Source of the DNA: Camelus dromedarius
Lineage: Eukaryota
Direction of reading: 5' to 3'
Assembly: GCF_036321535.1 (NCBI RefSeq)
Contig: NC_087450.1
Span: 52,762,001 to 52,826,000 of the forward strand
DNA: 64,000 nt
Shown: positions 24,868 to 36,895 of the stretch, piece after piece
Layout: every line of letters starts with the position of its first letter
Numbering within the stretch: position 1 is the stretch's first letter
Program-made: the position numbers and the translations under genes
Notes under the pieces: generated by a model
Databases searched by the model: none
Told to the model about the DNA's origin: nothing
Seen by the model: the letters and a program-made list of their open reading frames with translations, nothing else

Positions 24868-25397
24868 CATTTAATTAATTGATTCCTCATGTATTTTTGA
24901 AAACTTATCATAAGCCAGGCATTAGGCTAGGAGCTGGATGTTCAACAGTGAACAAGTCAGAAATTTCTACTCTCAAGAACTTAACATGTGGCATGAGAGA
25001 TAGTAAACAAATAAACACTCTAACAAAAAGAGAATTCCAACTAATAATACCTTCTAAGAAAGAAAATAACATATAAAGTAACGAAAGAAAGGCTATCAGG
25101 GTTGAGGGCATAGGATTTACATTGGGAAGTCAGGACAGGCCTCTCTGAGAAAAGCACACTTGAGCTGAAATCTGAGTGGTGAGGAAGACATGATCAGGTG
25201 TCAGTGAGAACATCCCAGGAGGCTGTAACGGTAAGTGTGGTGGCCCTGGAACAGAAAGGAACATGATGTGATGGAGTGATCTGGCTAAAGGTCATTGAGA
25301 AAAAAGGAGAGAGATGTAAGATGAAGGGGGAAAGCTGGGCAGGGGCCAGATCATGATAGTAATGATAAAGGACTTGGATTTTATTCCAAGTGTAATC
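24868..25397 (-). mobile_element. L2 3' end
   Basis: gccaggcattaggctaggagctgga..cagtgaacaag...ggcctctctgag..acacttgagctgaaatctgag...ggccagatcatg..aaggacttggattttattccaagtgtaat. Confidence 0.8.
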
Positions 25398-25414
25398 CAT
25401 TTTTTAAAAAATAG

Positions 25415-25725
25415 CTTTTTTTATTTTAGAATAGCTTTAGATTTTGAGAATTATTGAGAAGAGAGTACAAAGTTCCCAAATATATCACATCCAGTTTTCC
25501 TATTATTAACATCTTACATTTGTATATAGTGCATTTGTCACAACTGAAGAATGAATATGGGTATTTTATTATTAACTAAGGTCCATATTTTATTCATATT
25601 TACTCAGTTTTTCTCTAGTGTTCTTTTTCTGTTTCATTATCTCATTCAGGTTACCACATTAGGATTAATCATCATGTCTTCTTAGGCTCCTCTTGATTGT
25701 GACAATTTCTCAGACCTGTTTCTGA
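25415..25725 (-). mobile_element. L1 3' UTR fragment (L1MB/MC/MD-type)
   Basis: tttattttagaatagctttagatttt..gagagtacaaagttccca...ctattattaacatcttaca...gtcttcttaggctcctcttg..tgacaatttctcagac. Confidence 0.8.
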
Positions 25726-25810
25726 TTTATGTCTCTCTCCCAAATACCTAGCACAGGATGCTAGGGCTCAATAGGTTTGTTTGTTGAGTACAGGAACACA
25801 GACACTCACA

Positions 25811-25858
25811 TCTGTCTGTCTGTCTGTCTTTCTGTCTGTCTGTCTCTCTCTCTCTCTC
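25811..25858. repeat. Compound (TCTG)n(TC)n microsatellite
   Basis: Directly visible. Confidence 0.95.
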
Positions 25859-27914
25859 ATATCTGTCTCCACCCTATGTGGACATACAACATGGTAGGGG
25901 GAGCTTAAGATTTTCCTGTGTATCTGTTCTTCACTAAAAGGGGCGCTGCTGTGGACGATGCTCCTGGACACAGATCCATACCCACTGCTCTGTTGAGCCT
26001 ATTTCACTGGCTGCCAAGGGCTGCCTGTAGGGCGCGCTCTTTGGAAACTTTCACTTATGTAGACAGATACATAAATAATAGATAATTTTTGAATTTTAGA
26101 AGAGCTCTGTTTGGTTTCTGCCTTAGTTCCAGGAGCACATTGAGTTCCATGACAAAAGTATCATTTTAATCCCCTTGCTTCTTGCTTTGGCTCATATCCT
26201 TGTTGTTTCATGCCTCCTGTCTCCTGTTCACTCCCTGTCTTCCCTCTGTTCTTGGGAACTGAGTAAGGATGAGGCAGGACTTCCTTTGACTTTGAACTAT
26301 GATGACTGACTCTTTTTCAAGATGCTGGTTCTAGAAGTCTAAGAACTTTCTATTTTCATCCCGTTAAGAAGGAAGTAGTGGCTCTAGAAAAACTTTGTGC
26401 TTTCCTCCGGTCTGAGTTACTCTAGCTTCTGAGTATGTTGTCCTGAGACGACAGAGCAGACAGATCACTTCTTGCTTTTGGTTCTCAAGTCCTCCATTAA
26501 TTCCCACACCAACAAGAGATTCAGGCCACCTGAGGGACAAGCACATTTCCCTCTAAAGTGGTCAATGCTGTTTGTAAAATATACTTTTTTACTTACTTAA
26601 ATTTTGATTACAACTATAGCCTGTTTCATCTTCTTCACCTCCAACTTCCTTGAAAGGCTTTTCTTCAGACCATGAGCATAAGTGATTATAAGCTTTGTGA
26701 GGACAGGACAGGGCAGGGCCTTTTCTCATCCATGTGTATCTGTTGAATTAAAAGGACCTGTAGCCTGGGATTCGGTTTCCTGAAGCAAAATGCAAACAGA
26801 AAATTGAAGGAAACATGCATTTTCTACCAGCAGGTACATTGATAGCAACAAAAAGTGACAACTGAAAATTCTAAATTTAAATATGTCTCTGACACAAAAT
26901 AACAGAGTAGACACAAGTACTCACAGGGCCATTTAGTTTAGAGGCGATCCTTTTACATACTTTAGAAGCTTCAGGGCATCAACAGCAGACAGCACCATAG
27001 TAATATTCTTAGTAAGAATCCTTAGTAGGAAGGAAAAAGCTAAATCATGTTGATTCTTTGGAAGAGTTTATTTCAAATATCTTCATTAAAACATATTACA
27101 CACATATATGCTGAATTTCTTTAAGACTCACGATCTAGGGGGCAAACTAGGTCACAGGACTAGAAACTGAAATTTCACAGGCTTATAGATACACTTTATG
27201 TAATATCGTACCTCTGGTTCACTAAAATATTTCCTTCCTGTCTTTCTGGAAGTCTCTGGGAAGTAAGTTATTTTTTTTTTTCAGGAAAAAATTCCGCTTC
27301 TACTGGGTGCAATGTTTTCTCTGCCTGTCACTGCAGTTTTTCTGGCTACCGCATTGCTCCACTCGCCTGGTCTCTGCAGGTTTCCAATGCCTTCTGGGCA
27401 CTGTAAACTTCACTGAGCACAGTGTGGTATCAGTTTCTATCAAGGACTCCACTTGAGGCTTCCAGGTATGAAGGCTGCTCCATAATGTGTGGTGATACAT
27501 GCACATCTTTCCCAGCGGTGCAGCCATGCACCTGAGTCCCAAAGTGGTATAGAATTTTAGTGTACAAGTTCTTCCAGATTTTACCTACAGCTCTCCTGTT
27601 TCTTAAAAGATTTAGATCTGAGTGCAGTGAGACAAGCCCTAGAGGTAGTTACCATGTTATATTCAGACCAAGTTTTCCCCTTCATGACTCAGGATTTGCT
27701 TATTGACTCAATCTCAGAAAGGCTTTTTCCTTCACTTAGGATTAATCTCAGAAAATTCTTCATTCTTCATGGAAGTAGTCTGGAAGGCTGCTCCCAAATT
27801 TTAGTAGTATGCTCAGATGCATAAGAATTCTTTTCTTTCTCCCCTCTTTCTTTCCTTCCTTTCTTCTTTTATTCTTTTTTCTTCTTTCCCTCCCTCCTTC
27901 CTTTATTTCCCTCT

Positions 27915-29420
27915 GCAAGTATTTTACAGAAACATACCAGATTCCAGGTCCTATCTAGATGGTAGGACCATAGCAATGAACAGAATAGGCAATGTCTGGA
28001 CTTCCACAGAGTCTTGTGGGAGAAACATAACAAAAAGTAATCGAATATATGGGGATACTATTTATATGAGATGGTCATAAAGGCTTGGATCGGGTGCCAT
28101 TGCAGAAGAAATATCAATAAGGAAAGGAGATGGAGCAATGGATATCTGAGAGAAAATGATTCTGTCTCTGAAGCAGCAGTCGGTTCAAGGGCCCTGGGGC
28201 AGGAGCACACCTGGCTTGTTGGAAGAACAGCAAGAATGCTAGATTGATTGGAACAGAGTGGGTGAAATGGAGAAAGAGATCGGAGAAGGGGTCTGAGGGT
28301 TACCCAGAATGACAACTCAAGTAAGGCCTTGCACATCTAGGCAGGACTTTAAATAAATAAATAAATACAGATTAAAAAACACCTTTGTGAAGTCTTGAGC
28401 AGAGGATTCAGATGATCTCACCTAAAAGTATCACTCTTGCTACTGTGTAGAGATTGGATTATAAGATGGTAAGTGTCAAAGGAAAGAGAAAGGTAAACTA
28501 TCACAAAAATCCAAGTGAGTGGTGATGGTAGTCTGATTCAGATGGCAGAAGTGGACAGGTGTGAGAAGTGGTCCATTTTTGGATATTACTTAAAAGTACT
28601 GAAATCAAATCCTATATTACTTAAGGAATGAATTATTTAATACATATGAAAGGTATGATTTCAAGGGTAATTTCACTGGTTTTGATCACAGAAACCTACA
28701 GGTTATAATTATCATTTACAGAAATGGGGGATGTTTGGAGACCAACGGGTTGGAGCAGGTGGAATCTGAGCTATGGGCTTGGACATATTAACTTTGAGGT
28801 ATTTATTAGATACTCAAGTAGAGATGTTGTATTAATTTGTTAGGGCTGTTGTAACAAAGTACCCCAAACTAGGGGGCTTAAATAGTAGAAGTTTATTTTT
28901 TCATGGTTGTGAAGGCTAGTTGTCCGAAATCAATGAGGGGTTAATTCCTTCCAATGGCTGTGAGGGAAGGATCTGCCCCAGGCTTTTCTCCTTGGCTTGT
29001 AGATGGTTGTCTTCTCCCTGTGTCTCTTTATATCATCTCCCTTCAATGCACATCCGTATCCAGATTTCCTCTTATAAGGGACCAATCAGACTGGATTAGG
29101 ATCCTCCCTACTAATCTCATTTTAACTTTTAACTTAACTTTATATAAAGACCGTATCTCCAAATGAGGTGACATTCTGAGGGTAATGGGGATTAAGGACT
29201 TCATGCATAAATTTTGGGGTAGACACAATGCAGCCCATAGCAGATGTCAAGTCTAGGAAAAGGATGGAGATGAGATGTGTATTTGTTATTATCTGCACAT
29301 AAATGGTGTTTAAAGCCATAAGGCTGTGTGAGATCACTGTCATGAATGGAGATACAGATGTCTTCAGATGCTCTAACATTTAGAAGTGAGTGATTCTTAT
29401 TCAGACTCATTCTGAATCTC
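27915..29420 (-). mobile_element. L2 element split by an MLT1 insertion
   Basis: Continuous antisense L2 motifs (caatgaacaga, ttcaagggccctggggcaggag..cctggcttgtt, aaagtatcactcttgctactgtgtagag, caagtagagatgt|caagt) on both sides of 28828-29242. Confidence 0.8.
28828..29242 (-). mobile_element. MLT1B-like solo LTR with 5-bp target-site duplication
   Basis: TG...CA termini (tgtattaatttg...cccatagca) flanked by GATGT at 28823-28827 and 29243-29247. Confidence 0.92.
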
Positions 29421-30509
29421 CAGTCACATGTATTTTCATAAAGTATAATTTCATCTAAATTATGAGGCTGTGACATTCTAGGCCACTCAGGGTTCAAGCC
29501 AATGGGTCCTGCTTTCAGAGGAGAAGGGCCCTTTGTGGGATGGTTGAGATTAAAGCAGAGACTTTGCATAGAGAGGGTAAAGTTTCTTCTGATGAACTCT
29601 GATGCCAGTAGCTGTTGTTTTCTTTGAAAAGTTCACTTGCAGGCCATTTATAGCATTATCCTAGAAGAACTTAAAGCAAATCTTTAAGTATATTAGGGAA
29701 CTTTGCCTTGGCTGAATGATAGCCTTGATACAAAGGAAATAGGAGACCTGTTTCAGATGTATAACTCTCACGATGTCCTGGAGATGAACTCAACATAGCC
29801 ATTGCCTTTTTGTCTTTTGTTACTGAGTGACGTGTTACAGATCATTTTGCTTATTTTGAGCTTTCAGGATGACTACAAATCATGATTTGGCCGTGTTCCT
29901 GCACAGGTGGTCTTCATCTGGTTGTCGGACATTTGCTGAGCATCCTTAGCAAATCATGGCCCTGGGTAGGATGACCACCAGTCTGGCCTAAAGGGGAGAA
30001 TGTGATGATGTTGCTTTCTGGGATAATTCTCCAGACAGCAAATTATATTAGGAAAAGCATGGAATGGAGGCACAAACTTTCTTCCTAGCTCTGACTCCAG
30101 TCTAGTACATATCATGGACTAGTTACTTATTCCTAGACTTTGCCCAGTAGGGCATGGACTTAGTGACTTCTAAGGCTCCTCCTAGATCTATTGTTTTATA
30201 GTCTTATGACTTGAAAATAATCTTTAATTGGTAAAAGCTATCACTATTTCCAGGGAGCATAGACAGACACTCTTGGCCTAGTTCTGTGACTTGATGTTGG
30301 CTGTGGTGTGACATTCTGGGCCGGAAGACTAAGAGTGATCGTGATAACAAAATAATAAGAATGTTTCAAAAACAAACCCCCAGCACCCCACATCTTGCCT
30401 CCGGTGTAACTTTTTGCTCTTGTTCTCCTACACCCACTTTGTATCTGTGACTCACATTCCATTAAAATGTGTTTAAAGTGATTTTTGTGAGTGTTAGACT
30501 TCGAAGTGT

Positions 30510-30595
30510 TCAACTTCCTTGAGAAATATATTTTAAAATGTTATCTTTTGATCAACTTCCTTGAGAAATATATTTTAAAATGTTATCTTTTGATC
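30510..30595. repeat. Exact 42-bp tandem duplication
   Basis: tcaacttccttgagaaatatattttaaaatgttatcttttga at 30510-30551 and 30552-30593. Confidence 0.97.
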
Positions 30596-31770
30596 TCATC
30601 TTCAGAAGGTTACTTAGGGCTACTTTTCTCTTATTTGGGTCCAGTTGGGGGACTCCCTATTACTTTCCGTTCTCAGACCAACACTCTGAAGTGTGATTGT
30701 AAATATAAGAGGCTGACTTCGGAGAATACTTGTCTACCTTGTAACTATAAGGCCCAGAAATCTCCCCCCAGCTAAGATTACACCTTCAGTGGTTTCTCAG
30801 AATTTAAAGTTCTCCTGGGCTTTGGAGACAATTTTGGACACATTGTCAGGTATTGTTCTGAATTATCAACAAAGGAGACGTAGGATTATGTCTATTCAGT
30901 GGTGCTGAAACTCCCCAACTGGTATTAAACCCACAGGTTGCCTCTTGCTCCAAATACTGAATTCCCTTTTCTTCTCCTGGAGTCTTCATTTGCAGACTCT
31001 CTTCTCATGAGGCTATTACTTGTCATGTGTATCTTAAGAGTTAATTAAATTAAAAATCTTAAATGGCTAGAGCTGGAAGTGAACTTAAAGATAATTAGAC
31101 TCATTAGAAAACATGTCTAGTGGTAAAGCAAACTGTTGAAGGCCACACTGAGACAGGGGGCAGTGCTGGGACTAGAACAGATTTGGGACTCTGATGGAAC
31201 CTTCAGCATGAGGATGAGGTGCATCCATCCGTACAACCTACGGTAACTCCCAGTGAGTCCAAACATTTTTTTTCCTAAGTGGAATCTTATTTTTGATGAA
31301 ATAAAGATTTCCATTTAAAAACCCATGTTTTTGATATACATATTTGTAGACCTTGAGGAATAACTAATGGTTTAATGGTTCTGGCACATTATGACTTTGA
31401 GTACAAAAGATTTTGTGTGGAAGTAGAGGTTTTTTTGGTGCTCCTTTATTGTTTTGGTGGGTTAAGGACTAGGCAGCTTCTGGAGTTTATGAAAGTTAGG
31501 TAAATGAAATCTATTTAGAAAGTGTATGAGTGTGGATCTGCCTCATCCTGAAGACTCTGTGCCCATAGTTCTTTCTCTGTAGCTGCCTGCCTGACAATGT
31601 AGAATTAGGATCTGTTTCAAGGGGATGAACCATAAAGGAGACCAGCTTAAACAGAGCTCCTTTTCCTTTTTAGAATTCATCTCAGAAGTCCATGAGAACC
31701 CTCTTCCTTTCCCTTCCACATTTCTAGATCACGGACCTCCACATTTTTTCTGTGGTTACCTCTATAAATA

Positions 31771-31826
31771 AACACTTACAATGTGCTATAAATGTCCAAG
31801 AACACTTACAATGTGCTATAAATGTC
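31771..31826. repeat. 26-bp direct repeat with 30-bp period
   Basis: aacacttacaatgtgctataaatgtc at 31771-31796 and 31801-31826. Confidence 0.97.
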
Positions 31827-32071
31827 ACCTGCCACTGGAGGCAGTAGGCCTGTTGTAAACCCTGGGCTAAGGAAAAGCTGCAAACAGGCACCTGCTCTGT
31901 ATAGTCCTGTGGTGACCTTGCTTTGATTAGTTCTGAGCTCCTGGCTATGTAAATTGGGTAATAAAGCTCTTCCATCTGCCCTTCCCACCAGCATGGCTGC
32001 CCTTCCTCTGGTGTAGTTTCTACTTTTTATGTTCATAGCATTCTGCTCATTCTGTCTGATCCTTGTTTTCT

Positions 32072-32343
32072 TTCTTTCTTTCTTTTTTTTTTTTTTTTGA
32101 TTGTAGTATAGTCAGTTTACAATGTGTTAATTTCTGGTGTACAACATCATGTTTCAGTCATACATGTACATACACATATTCGTTCTCATATTCTTTTTCA
32201 TTATAGGTTACTACAAGATGTTGAATATAGTTCCCTGTGCTCTACAGAAGAAACTTGTTATTTATCTGTTTTATATATAGTAGTTAGTATCTGCAAATCT
32301 TGAACTCACAATTTATCCCTTCTCATCCCCTTTTCCCCTGGTA
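32072..32343 (-). mobile_element. 5'-truncated L1 3' end with degenerate TSD
   Basis: Poly-T tail, then gtatagtcagtttacaatgtg...ggttactacaagatgttgaatatagttccctgtgc; flanks ctgatccttgttttct (32056-32071) and ctggtccttgtcttct (32344-32359), 14/16 identical. Confidence 0.9.
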
Positions 32344-33489
32344 CTGGTCCTTGTCTTCTTGGCTGACTCCCACACATTTGATATTCAGGTCTGGTTTATA
32401 GTTTACTTACGTGAGCTCAGTGCCTGGCATGTAACAGATGTCCCCAGATGATTAAAACCACTTGAGCACTTGGGAACTCATTCCATTTTCATAAATTACA
32501 TCTCCACGTTCTTTGTTTCACTTCAGATATCCACATATGATAGGCATCATTTTCCTTCCCAAGTGGTTCAGTGGATACCATGACCTCTGTTTTTGATTTC
32601 AGGTTTTTGCTTTAGCCAAGTGCTTTGAGCATCCGAGCCTCTGAGAGACAGTGGAGGAAAAATCAGGACATGCTTGAGAAAGAGGTAGCATTTGAGCTGG
32701 CCTTTTGTGGAGGAGTGAGACATGAATGGCTGGTGGCGAGAAAGGTAAAGCGCCCCAGGGGAGCTCTCAGTCCAGTGATGCCACAGTGGCAGGCAGGGAA
32801 GAACCCTCATGCCAGGATGCAGAGTTAAAACACCTTCTGGGATGTCCTCAGACCCAGGTTTGCTGACCCATAATGTTAAAGCCTTGTCTCTTGTGATAGC
32901 TGCTTCCACAAGTAACTTCATTTTGTTCGCTTGCTGTTACGTTTGAGGTTCTGCACACAATGGCTGAGTTTTGATGCTTGCCTTCTGAGGAAGTGCCTTA
33001 GTTACTGTTAGATTCACCCAGGCAAAACAGACATGTATTCATAGGTATGTGGCCATTGAGTCAAAGGTACCCTAACTAGTTCTTTTTCTAAAAAATGCAA
33101 TCTTTGTGCAGTGGGAAATGATAAGCAATATATTAATTTTGAATAGAACGGAAGAAGTAACACTTGAAAAAAGAACAAAGAAGAAATAAATGTTAGTCAC
33201 AGGTTAGGCTTGCCTGTCTTCTATTTAACCCATTTTTCCACTGGATTACTCAGTCTTACCAAGACTTCATTTCCTATGTGAATTAACTTTCCTGAATCAG
33301 AAGCTGAGCTGGTCATTAAGACTGTTAAGAACCTGGTGTTATAAGAACCCATGTGACTCATTCTTGGTGAGGCTTTGCCTTCTTGTTTAAGCTGAACTGC
33401 CTCCTCTTCAGAGTGATTCAGAATTCAGCTTTCTGGGGAATTAGCTCTTCCAGAGACAATGGTTAAGGTCAAGAACTGACCCACTCACT

Positions 33490-33695
33490 GAGTTCTAGAA
33501 CAAGCCCGGCAACTTAAGAAGCTCAGTGTTTTGGACCAAATCTCTGGGCTCAATTTTCTTCTCCTTAGGCCAGGAACATTTATAATAGCTCTATCAAAAG
33601 GCTGTCATGAGGATTAAATAGATAATTTGTATAAAGTGCTTATCACAGCCCTTGACACATTGTAAACATTCAATAAACACCAGCCACATTATTTT
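33490..33695 (+). mobile_element. MIR
   Basis: ggctgtcatgaggattaaatagataatttgtataaagtgcttatcacag..ttgacacattgtaaacattcaataaa is the MIR 3' end. Confidence 0.75.
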
Positions 33696-34595
33696 TACTT
33701 AGACCTATTTCCTCTGCAGGGCAAGGAGGAATCTTTTTCAAGTTTCTGCAATTCCCAGGGGCACACTGACAAGTGTGTGGAGGGGCTGACGCATCTGTCC
33801 CCATGGTGATGACTGACCCTCCCAGTCAGCAGAGAGCAGCCAAGTTCTTAGGGAGAAGTAAGGTTGTCTTTATTATTCTCATTGCAGACACAAGGAAACT
33901 AAAGGTCAAAGATTTTACTGCCAATCATTTGTGCCTAGTATATTATATTCCACTCCACCAAGTCTTAGCAGGGGTAGGTACCGTATAGTTAGATCTACCA
34001 GATTTAGTGAACTCACATTCTCTGTAGTCTGTCCTGCAGCTCAGCTACAATAACATGACTTTCTTATGCGATGAGCATCCACGTTGCTGCTTTGGGTGGT
34101 TCTCTCCCTGGCTGGTGTGGAAGGCATGCTCTTGTCATCCTCATCACTCTTCTCTTTCATCAGAGCTCTCTGTCTTTCGTTATCCAAGAGCTTCGCCTCT
34201 ATCCTGTAGTCTGTTTGATCTCTCTTCTAATGTATCATTAGCAGTTACTCTAGGTTTCTTTGAGATATAATTTATGATTTGGCCATTTTTACACCTTTGA
34301 AAGCTTTAAAACATATTTTAAAAAAAGCTAATAAATGCATACAATTATTTAATCAAATAAGAAAATGCTTAGAAACATATCATCCATGAAAAGTGCATGA
34401 GCTGTCATATCAAGGTCAAAATAAGTGACAGATATTTAATGTTACATGTTGTAGAAATTCTAATTTTTACTTCATAAATTTTAAGTAAACACTTGGAAAA
34501 GTACATAATGTTTATAAACAGTCACTACTGATCTGCATTATTGACTGGAGAGAGTGCATTAAATTCTTGCCTTAGGAAACCTGTTTAATTGTGTT

Positions 34596-34612
34596 TGTGT
34601 GTGTGTGTGTGT
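34596..34612. repeat. Short (GT)n microsatellite
   Basis: Directly visible. Confidence 0.9.
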
Positions 34613-35194
34613 CTGGGTGTATATGAGAATGGGTATTATGTTTGTCACATGGCTAATAAGTGGTGGAACTTGGATTTTAATGCCCGTCTGGCTGACTGAA
34701 TTCCACAGTCTTTCAAGCAACTAAATTCCTTCTCTCCTTCAACCCCTTCATAGACTTGCTCTTGACGTCCAAGGCTGGCTTTTAACAGGAAATTTCTTTT
34801 CAGGGACAGCTTCTTGGAGCAAGCTACAATTGACTGGTTTATTGCCTCAAATATGACATTAAGCAGTTCACTTATAGTATCTGAAGGCAAGTAAAAATAA
34901 CCAAATACAACTCCCTGTAAACATTCTCAATTTCCTTGGGATCCTGAATTCTCGATTTTCCTCTATTCAATGAGAAAAATGTATTGTCCCCTTAGACCTT
35001 GCCATCTACTGAGTGTTTGTGCTGTCAGAGAATCTCTACAGACCAAAATAATTCTGTAGAATGATTTTGTCTTAGTCCACCTAAATGTATTATGCTGGAA
35101 ATCACAGAAGTTTAAAAATGAGTTATTTAAGTCATTTTCCCTTTTCTCAAGGAGCTTACTTGTTTAGTTAGGGAAACCAGATGTATACATGTTA

Positions 35195-35425
35195 TACTCA
35201 GTTATTGAGCACATACTATGTGACCAGCACTCTTGTAACTGGTACAGATAAGAGTGCCTCTAACTTCAGAAGGATCTTATAAAGTACCTGCTAGTATTAT
35301 AATCTCAGTTTTACGTACTAGGAATCTGAGGTACAGAGATGTTAAGTCACTTGCCCAAGGTCGCATGGGTGGTAGAACTTAAACCTGAGAAGACTGATTA
35401 TCAGAGCCCACACTCTTAACTCTGT
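35195..35425 (-). mobile_element. MIR
   Basis: ttattgagcacatactatgtgaccagcac...aatctgaggtacagagatgttaagtcacttgcccaaggtcgcat. Confidence 0.8.
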
Positions 35426-36362
35426 GTGTTGTTTTGCTGCTTCCCCTTAAGCAAGGCCACTCTGTCTTCCAAAGTGAGTGCATACTAATTACTGTCTAAT
35501 TAATGGTGCTGAAAATCTGATTTAGATGAGTTCAGAAGGTGGAAAGCTAAAATAATAAAATTCTCACTTGCAGAGGTTGATATGATGTAAGGGATTTCTA
35601 CTCGTTATCTTCTTTAATTAATCTATTCCCAGATGAGAGCTATTCAAGTGAGAATCCCACAAGGACACTTAGAACATCCCATGTGGCTTTCTGAGAAAAT
35701 AGGGAGTGATTCAGTGGTCTATCACTTGGAGAACCAGGAGGCTAGGCAACTTTAATTGAGTTTGGAACACATTAAATTGCCTGGGTGTGTGACTTCACTG
35801 TGCCCTGGATTCCTTCTTGGTAAAATGGACACCATTCCAGGATATAGAGAGAGTAGTTGAATCAATGAAAGAAGAAACATTAAAATTCTCTAATGGAAAA
35901 TCTTAGAGATATATAAAGTGTATTATCAATACCCAAGCTTTCAATAGTTTGCCCTCTTTGAATCTGGTGTATTAATAGTCCTAAAAGCCTATTTGATTTC
36001 TGTGCTCAATTTGTGAATTTTCTGTTACAAATTCTACTTCCGTAATATATCTACTATCTTGACCCACCCTCCCCTCAACAGCGAGACCTTGTTATGCTAG
36101 AAAACTGAGATACAGCTGTATTATGTTCTCTTTATTCTTAACAGAAGCTTCTTTCAAGCCAGCTTAAACAGACAGAACAAAATTCATCTTCTCTGAGTCC
36201 CCATGTACATCAAATGCATCATTCTTCATATGAAAGTTTTCAATGAATTTAATTACAGACTCTATGGCACATAAGACCCGGTACTTTATGGTCTTTTCCA
36301 CAGGAACTCTCCTTCAGCTGTATTGAACTTTCTCGTCACCTGAAACAGATCCCATGCATTTC

Positions 36363-36895
36363 TTTTTTTTTTTTTTTTTTTAACATTTTTTATTGATTTA
36401 TAATCATTTTACAATGTTGTGTCAAATTCCAGTGCAGAGCACAATTTTTCAGTTATACATGAACATACATATATTCATTGTCACATTTTTTTCTCTGTGA
36501 GCTACCACAAGATCTTGTGTATATTTCCCTGTGCTTTAAAGTATAATCTTGTTTATTCTACAATTTAAAAATCCCATCTATCCCTTCCCACCCTCCAACC
36601 CCTTGGCAACCACAGTTTGTATTCTATGTCTACGAGTCTGTTTCTGTTTTGTATTTATGCTTTGTTTTTTTTGTTTTTGTTTTTTAGATTTCACATATGA
36701 GCGATCTCATACGGTATTTTTCTTTCTCTTTCTGGCCTACTTCACTTAGAATGACATTCTCTAGGAGCATCCATGTTGCTGCAAATGGTGTTATGTTGTC
36801 GGTTTTTATGGCTGAGTAGTACTCCATTGTATAAATATACCACATCTTCTTTATCCAGTCATCCGTTGATGGACATTTAGGCTGTTTCCATGTCT
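36363..36895 (-). mobile_element. Young 5'-truncated L1 (camelid-type 3' UTR) with TSD
   Basis: Long poly-T, then aacattttttattgatttataatcattttacaatgttgtgtcaaattccagtg...; TSD agat(c/t)ccatgcatttc at 36347-36362 and 36896-36911 (15/16). Confidence 0.93.

Noticed and set aside
27285-27465. 181-nt plus exon candidate (tttttttcag| ... ccag|gtatga)
   Set aside because: Stops in all three frames, and the pyrimidine tract is a simple T run directly after a GTAAGT; no supporting context.
30510-31826. Short direct repeats as a CRISPR-like array
   Set aside because: Only two copies each, unrelated units, no spacer series, and a eukaryotic repeat landscape.
32568-32921. 117-aa minus-strand ORF
   Set aside because: Overlaps L2 3'-end sequence (cagctcaaatgctacctct on minus); no recognisable protein.
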